The position numbers were made by a program, and so were the translations under genes. 64,000 nt of DNA from positions 112,300 to 176,299 of the forward strand of contig JAXHVD010000006.1 of assembly GCA_034189385.1 (NCBI GenBank), in the 5' to 3' direction. Position 1 is the stretch's first letter. Each line of letters opens with the position of its first letter. The notes beneath the pieces are model-generated. The model saw only the letters and a program-made list of their open reading frames with translations, was not told the DNA's origin and ran no database searches. Shown here one piece after another: positions 58,543 to 64,000 of this stretch. Origin of the DNA: Thermodesulfobacteriota bacterium. Its GTDB lineage: Bacteria > Desulfobacterota > Desulfobacteria > Desulfobacterales > C00003060.

Positions 58543-60648
58543 CTAGGTATCCTTATTGTAACATGTTAAGCAGCACCGCATGCACCGATTCGCCTCCCTA
58601 ACGGCGTCTTCCTCCGTAACGGTGAGGTCCACCTCAGCATAGGTGTGGTTCCTTTCGTAAGACCCTGCTTCAAGCTCGGGCTGGCCGATCCGCCCCTTCT
58701 TCTCGATCCCCTCGATGCTATCAAAGATCGTACCAGGGATGTGCCCCTTCATGCGCCTTGAATCCACCCGGAGTCTGGTCTCGGGCATGGCCATGTCTTC
58801 TCCCATGAGGTACTTGTGAATGCCTCGCGCAGCCCGTCTGCCCCCGCCGATGGCAGCAACGAGAAGCCCGGGAGGACCTGCACAATCGCCGCTAGAAAAC
58901 ACATAGGGCACGGCCGTCTGGTGGGTATCAGGGTTGACCACAATGGAGCCCTTGAAGGTCTCAATATTGGACGCCGCGCCCTCCTCTTTGTCTGCAAAGG
59001 CAGAATCCGTGGTCTGTCCGATGGCCAGCACGAAATTATCAATGGGTAGGACTGTTTCAGAACCTTTGATGGCCACAGGTTTGCGCCGGCCGCTGGCATC
59101 GGGTTCGCCTAATTCATTCTTCAGGTACTCAACGCCTGTGAGATTGCCCTCATCATCGGTGACGAACTTGGTCGGTGTGGTCAAGGGCATAAACTTGACC
59201 CCCTCGTGGTGGCAGGCCTCGATTTCCACCTTGTTGGCAGGCATGTCCTTGACTTCGCGGCGATAGAGGCAGTAAACATTGTCAGCCCCTCTGCGGATAC
59301 TGGACCGAAGGCAATCCATGGCCACATTTCCACCGCCGATGACCGCCACGTTCTTGCCCATGGGATAGGGATCTCCCACGCCAGGCTCTGTCTGGGCCCT
59401 TAGATAGATAGTTGCAGGAACGACCCCCTTGACCTTGTCTTCATCAGGGATGCGGGCAGAAGCGTGGTTCCAGGCCCCAATGGAAAAGAGTACAGCGTCA
59501 AATCCGCCGCCCACAAGGGACTCCAGGTCAAAATCCACACCAAACTTCACCCCAGTCTTCACCTCAACCCCAAGATCCAGGATCCGTTTGATGTCTCTGT
59601 CCAAAATGGCCTTGGGGAGGCGGTATTCCGGGATTCCATAGCGGATCATGCCCGCCAGCCTCGGCATCCACTCAAAAATCTTTACGTGGTGGCCTAGGCG
59701 TCTCAGAAAATAGGCCGCTGAAAGCCCACTGGGCCCGCCGCCCACAATCGCCACCTTATACCCCGTGTCAGGGGCCACGGGAATCTTCACCGGCATGGCA
59801 TGATCAAAGACCCAGTCTGAGCAGAACCGCTTCAACTGGTTGATCGATACGGGATCATCGGCCAGCTGCCTCCGGCAGGCATCCTCGCACGGATGGGGGC
59901 ACACACGACCGATAGAAAGGGGCATGGGATTCCGTTCCATGATGGTAAGATACGCCTTGTCGTATTCCCCGTTCTTGATATGGTTGATATATTTCGGAAT
60001 ATTGATCTCAGCCGGGCAGGTCTGGCGACAGGGGGCCAGACGGTCGGTCACGAGATTCATATGCAAAATTCGCTGGGAAGGGGTTCGAACCTGCATGATC
60101 CCCTTGGGACAGGCCTTTTCGCAGGCCCCGCAGCCCACACACTTTTCAACGTCAACGACTGGATAACCCTCAGGCCCCAATTTGAGGGCGTCGAACTGGC
60201 AGGCCCGCACGCAGGACCCGAACCCGAGGCACCCCACAGCACATTCTTTGGCCCCAGCGTAGAGTAGGGCTGCTGCCCGGCAATCCGGGACACCCATGTA
60301 GTAGAATTTCTCAGGGGCCCGAAACCCCCCTGTACAGGTGTTCTCAGAGGTCAGGGGCTCAGCCGCACCAACCTCCATGCCCATCACCGCGGCCACCTTT
60401 TGGGCAGAGGCTGCACCCCCAACGATGCAGGCGTTCGCCGGCGCCCGGCCCTCGACTATGGCTGCTGCAGCGGCAGCACATCCGGTGTAGCCGCAACCGC
60501 CACAATTGGCGCCAGCCAAACAGTTCTCCACTTCTGCAATGCGTGGGTCCTCCCAGACATAGAATACTTTGGAGGCGATTCCCAGGAGGACGCCAGCAAC
60601 GCCTCCGATAGCCAACACAAGGCCTAATGATGGAAGAAATAGTTCCAT
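58543..60648 (-). CDS. rnfB: RnfB fused to a GltD/NfnB-like FAD/NAD(P)H oxidoreductase domain
   Basis: LAGANCGGCGYTGC and ferredoxin motifs, then PCRQTCP, GRVCPHPCE, VGGGPSG, GGGNVAMD..YRR. Confidence 0.92.
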   Translation of the reverse strand: MELFLPSLGLVLAIGGVAGVLLGIASKVFYVWEDPRIAEVENCLAGANCGGCGYTGCAAAAAAIVEGRAPANACIVGGAASAQKVAAVMGMEVGAAEPLTSENTCTGGFRAPEKFYYMGVPDCRAAALLYAGAKECAVGCLGFGSCVRACQFDALKLGPEGYPVVDVEKCVGCGACEKACPKGIMQVRTPSQRILHMNLVTDRLAPCRQTCPAEINIPKYINHIKNGEYDKAYLTIMERNPMPLSIGRVCPHPCEDACRRQLADDPVSINQLKRFCSDWVFDHAMPVKIPVAPDTGYKVAIVGGGPSGLSAAYFLRRLGHHVKIFEWMPRLAGMIRYGIPEYRLPKAILDRDIKRILDLGVEVKTGVKFGVDFDLESLVGGGFDAVLFSIGAWNHASARIPDEDKVKGVVPATIYLRAQTEPGVGDPYPMGKNVAVIGGGNVAMDCLRSSIRRGADNVYCLYRREVKDMPANKVEIEACHHEGVKFMPLTTPTKFVTDDEGNLTGVEYLKNELGEPDASGRRKPVAIKGSETVLPIDNFVLAIGQTTDSAFADKEEGAASNIETFKGSIVVNPDTHQTAVPYVFSSGDCAGPPGLLVAAIGGGRRAARGIHKYLMGEDMAMPETRLRVDSRRMKGHIPGTIFDSIEGIEKKGRIGQPELEAGSYERNHTYAEVDLTVTEEDAVREANRCMRCCLTCYNKDT

Positions 60649-60704
60649 TTTACTCTATCTCCTAGTGCCTATTCGGTTAAGGATATCCTATTATCATTAC
60701 CGGG

Positions 60705-61280
60705 CTAGATCATGCCTTTGAAGCCCAGAAAGGACAGGGACATAAATCCAGCGGTTACCAAGGCGATGGACACGTCCTGCAAGGGCGTGGGAACCCTGCC
60801 GATAATGATCCGCTCACGCAATCCTGCGAAAAGAATCAGGGCCAGGCCAAAGCCGGCCGGGTAAGCCAGGGAAGAGATAATCATCTCGATGAAGTTGTAC
60901 TCTTCTTTAATATTTATCAAACATACGCCCATGACTGCACAGTTGGTCGTGATCAGGGGAAGAAAAATCCCGAGGCCTGCATAAAGCGCCGGGATGCTCT
61001 TCTTCAGGAAAAGTTCTACAAACTGCACTAGTGCTGCAATGACAAGGATGAAGACAATAGTCGTAATATACCTGAGGCCGAAGGGCTCCAAGATAAAGTA
61101 GTCCAAGAGCCACGTTACCAATCCCGCCATGAAAAGCACGAAGACCACGGCCATGGCCATACCCACGGCATTGTCCATACTCTTGGAGGTGCCAAGAAAA
61201 GGACAGTTACCCAGGTACTGGATAAGCAAGATATTGTTAACCAGGATGGCGCCTACGGCGAGTAAAATCAAGTCTCCCAT
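60705..61280 (-). CDS. rnfA: Rnf complex subunit A
   Basis: NNILL..YLGNCPFLG, LGIFLPLITTNCAV. Confidence 0.95.
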   Translation of the reverse strand: MGDLILLAVGAILVNNILLIQYLGNCPFLGTSKSMDNAVGMAMAVVFVLFMAGLVTWLLDYFILEPFGLRYITTIVFILVIAALVQFVELFLKKSIPALYAGLGIFLPLITTNCAVMGVCLINIKEEYNFIEMIISSLAYPAGFGLALILFAGLRERIIIGRVPTPLQDVSIALVTAGFMSLSFLGFKGMI

Positions 61281-61302
61281 CTGAATGTCTCCTTTGTCTC
61301 TG

Positions 61303-61914
61303 TTACTTCTTTCCAATCAGATTCATGACGGCAAGCATCAGGCCCAGGCATACAAAGGCACCAGGGGCTTCAACCATGAATGTAAAAGGCTTAAAACTCG
61401 GCCCAAAAAGGTTTAGGACCGTTTCCGAAAAGGGGATGGAAATAGTCCCCGCACCAAAGGCTTCACGAATAGCGGCCAAGGCCCCTAATGCAAGGGTAAA
61501 TCCCAGGCCAATACCGAGGCCATCGGCGGCCGAAGCGGCTATGCCGTTTTTCTGTGCAAAGGCCTCTGCCCGGCCAAGAATGATACAGTTCACGACAATG
61601 AGAGGGATGAAGATGCCGAGTTGGAGAAAAAGCGGGTAGGCCACCGCCTGCATCACCAGTTCTACGATAACCACAAAGGTGGCGATGATGATGATAAAGC
61701 AGGGCACCCTCACCTTGCTGGGGATGATGGAGCGAAGGGCAGAGACCAAAATATTGGAAAACACAAGCACAAAGGTGGCTGCCACGCCCATCCCGATGCC
61801 ATTTGCCACACTCTTGGTCACTGCCAAGGTGGGACACAGCCCCAGAACCAGCCTAAAAGGTGGGATCTCCTCCCACAAACCCTTGGTAAATTCCTGAACA
61901 ATCGTTTTGGCCAT
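61303..61914 (-). CDS. rnfE: Rnf complex subunit E
   Basis: LGLCPTLAVT, LGIFIPLIVVNCIILGRAE. Confidence 0.95.
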   Translation of the reverse strand: MAKTIVQEFTKGLWEEIPPFRLVLGLCPTLAVTKSVANGIGMGVAATFVLVFSNILVSALRSIIPSKVRVPCFIIIIATFVVIVELVMQAVAYPLFLQLGIFIPLIVVNCIILGRAEAFAQKNGIAASAADGLGIGLGFTLALGALAAIREAFGAGTISIPFSETVLNLFGPSFKPFTFMVEAPGAFVCLGLMLAVMNLIGKK

Positions 61915-61925
61915 TATTCCTCTCC

Positions 61926-62519
61926 CTATTTGGCGAACGCCTTGGCTTGCTCAATCAGTTGCGGCTTCAGTTTCTGGTAAAACCCAGCGCTACCCGTCAT
62001 TCCCGCGCACACACCCCTTGACGTGATCGTGGCGCCTCCTACGGCATCGACCTGACCACCGTCCGTCTTCACCTTGAAGGGTTCGTTGATGGACATCCCC
62101 TTGAACTGTGCTGCAAATGACGGATCGTCTTTAGCCCTGGATCCCAGCCCCGGTGTCTCAGAATGGGTGGTCACACCCATACCCAGCAATTCGTCCGTCT
62201 CAAGGTTCACACCCACCATGATACCCACGTCTCCTCCAAAGCCTTTGCCCGAGGTCTCATAGGCCACACCATTGGCTTTGCCATTAAATACGCCCACGTA
62301 AAAGCTTCTCTCCACTTCGCCATCCTTGATTTTGAAGCGATCGACGATCGGATCGTTGCTGCATCCTTCCATGATCGCCTTAATGGCGGGGCCTTTTACG
62401 AATTTCAGCTGTTGGTATTCGATTTGGGCCGCTGTTCCAGACTTGACCAATGCTAGCAAGCCACCGGATGCAGCGCCCAAAAAGGAAAGGACCACGACCA
62501 TCCCGATGATATCACGCAT
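61926..62519 (-). CDS. rnfG: Rnf complex subunit G
   Basis: GKGFGG, HSETPGLG, FMN-binding GATITS. Confidence 0.95.
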   Translation of the reverse strand: MRDIIGMVVVLSFLGAASGGLLALVKSGTAAQIEYQQLKFVKGPAIKAIMEGCSNDPIVDRFKIKDGEVERSFYVGVFNGKANGVAYETSGKGFGGDVGIMVGVNLETDELLGMGVTTHSETPGLGSRAKDDPSFAAQFKGMSINEPFKVKTDGGQVDAVGGATITSRGVCAGMTGSAGFYQKLKPQLIEQAKAFAK

Positions 62520-63483
62520 TGTTTACCACCTTTCCAATCGCTTTGGGTCTTATTTTGTCGATAAGGGGATTGGCAAGATTCAAAAGAAGGATGGAAAAAG
62601 GCACACCATCTACATAGGCTCCAATGTTCCTTACCAGCACGGTCATGACGCCTGCCAGGGCCCCAAAGACAAGCATGGGAACAAAATTGGCCGGAGAGGA
62701 TGAGTCCTCACCAACCAGGAAAAAGGCAGCAATGAGGGTGTAGCCGGTAAGAAGGTGGAACATGGGACCGGCGTACTTCGCCGAATCCCCAAGGGTATTA
62801 AACGCCCAGGCAGTGATGATGACACCGGCCAGAAAGGAGAGTGAAATCTCCCATCGCATGTATCCTCTTATTAGAAGGTAAACCCCGCCTACAAGAAGTC
62901 CCAGGCCGAACGTGGAGCCCACGGCCCCCGCCTGTTTTCCCATGAGGAGATCGCCAGTGCTAAATTTTGCAATGGCGGCCGGGCCAAAGGCCTTGAGATC
63001 AGCCAAAGGGTAGGTCATGGCAAAGCCCAAATCGTAGTTCAAAAGGGCCTCGTTGAAGTCAAAGATCCCCTTGAAGGAGATGACCAGCATGGCCAGGGCG
63101 AGCAAGGGAGGATTTAGCGGGTTAAACCCGATGCCGCCAAAGATCTGTTTGCCCACGATAATGGCAATAAGCGTCCCCAAGGCAACGACCCACCAAGGGG
63201 CAGTGGCTGGCATGAGCATCCCTAACAGCAGCCCTGTCACCGCGGCGCTGCCATCGCCAATGGTCGTGGGTTTTCCCGTAATCACGTTCCAAAGGAACTC
63301 CCAGATCATGGCACAGGCCATGGAAAAGGCAATCACCCCAAGGGCCGGCGCGCCATACTGACTGATCCCCATCAACACGGCAGGAAGGGCGGCAATCATG
63401 ATGTTGTAGTTCTTCGTCGATATCTTGCTGCCGTCGTGCCAAAATGGGGCGTGAGCAACGACCAATTTGTTTTCACTACTCAT
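62512..63483 (-). CDS. rnfD: Rnf complex subunit D
   Basis: HAPFWH, DGSAAVTGLL, KQIFGGIG.NPLNP, multiple TM helices. Confidence 0.95.
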   Translation of the reverse strand: MSSENKLVVAHAPFWHDGSKISTKNYNIMIAALPAVLMGISQYGAPALGVIAFSMACAMIWEFLWNVITGKPTTIGDGSAAVTGLLLGMLMPATAPWWVVALGTLIAIIVGKQIFGGIGFNPLNPPLLALAMLVISFKGIFDFNEALLNYDLGFAMTYPLADLKAFGPAAIAKFSTGDLLMGKQAGAVGSTFGLGLLVGGVYLLIRGYMRWEISLSFLAGVIITAWAFNTLGDSAKYAGPMFHLLTGYTLIAAFFLVGEDSSSPANFVPMLVFGALAGVMTVLVRNIGAYVDGVPFSILLLNLANPLIDKIRPKAIGKVVNNA

Positions 63484-64000
63484 TTGCTGCCTCCGCAGTT
63501 TCAATCAGACCAAGTTCGTATTTTCCCAGCTTGATGTATTGAAATATGGGAATCCTTGATACGCACACGTAGGAACAGAGCCCACATTCAATGCAGCAAT
63601 GCAAATCATACAATGCTGCGGCCTCCTCATAAAGCCGGGCCTCCAGGAATCGAACCAGCATGTTCACGGGGATCTTCATGGGGCAGATCCGGACACACTC
63701 GCCGCAGTTGATGCACGGATAATCCGTTACCTGGGCACTCTCCGCATCTGCCTGCACCACAACACCGTCAGTGCCAGACTCCACAGGAAGGACTTCGGAA
63801 TAGGTGGCGGCCCCCCTCATGGGCCCTCCTAGAATAAGGCGGTCCCGATCGTTGAGCGTCACATTGCAGGTTTGGAGCAGATCCCCTATGGGCGTCCCGA
63901 TCCGTGCCTTCACATTGGTGGTCTTTCCATCCTTTCCCACCACTGTCACCACTTTCGTCACAGGAAGGCGGCCCGTACTAAAGGCTGACCCTATGGCTGC
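63476..64000 (-). CDS. rnfC: Rnf complex subunit C (3' part; 5' end outside the window)
   Basis: RIGTP, GGPMRG, CINCGECVRICP, CIECGLCSYVC. Confidence 0.9.
   Translation of the reverse strand, partial: AAIGSAFSTGRLPVTKVVTVVGKDGKTTNVKARIGTPIGDLLQTCNVTLNDRDRLILGGPMRGAATYSEVLPVESGTDGVVVQADAESAQVTDYPCINCGECVRICPMKIPVNMLVRFLEARLYEEAAALYDLHCCIECGLCSYVCVSRIPIFQYIKLGKYELGLIETAEAANE

Overview
64 kb of bacterial chromosome. Gene content and order (iorAB, DUF1844-degQ-ispE-tRNA-Gln-prs-rplY-pth-hppA, group 1a-type [NiFe] hydrogenase, rnfCDGEAB) point to an anaerobic Desulfobacterota (deltaproteobacterial) organism. The first ~16.5 kb is an accessory signalling/motility region. It holds a motA remnant, a lipoprotein-MotB-type fusion, an orphan MshEN-containing PilB/GspE ATPase coupled to an HDOD gene, a response regulator, a hybrid histidine kinase and a K+ channel fused to a phospho-receiver domain. 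It also holds an HTH-pseudoMCP-cheW-MCP unit, a PilZ-like gene and an OmpA/beta-barrel/PKD surface protein. Five sigma-54 (-24/-12) motifs and FleQ-box-like palindromes occur across this region. One sigma-54 motif precedes an unannotated ~90-nt candidate sRNA with its own terminator (14685-14775). The rest is mostly housekeeping and energy metabolism, with deletion-shortened gene remnants (TIGR03790-like, hypA), palindromic REP-like elements, a probable CTG-initiated acuC and a LepA with an unusual P-loop Asp->Asn change. No CRISPR array, integrase, transposase or rRNA was seen. All family calls come from motif recognition by eye, not database searches.
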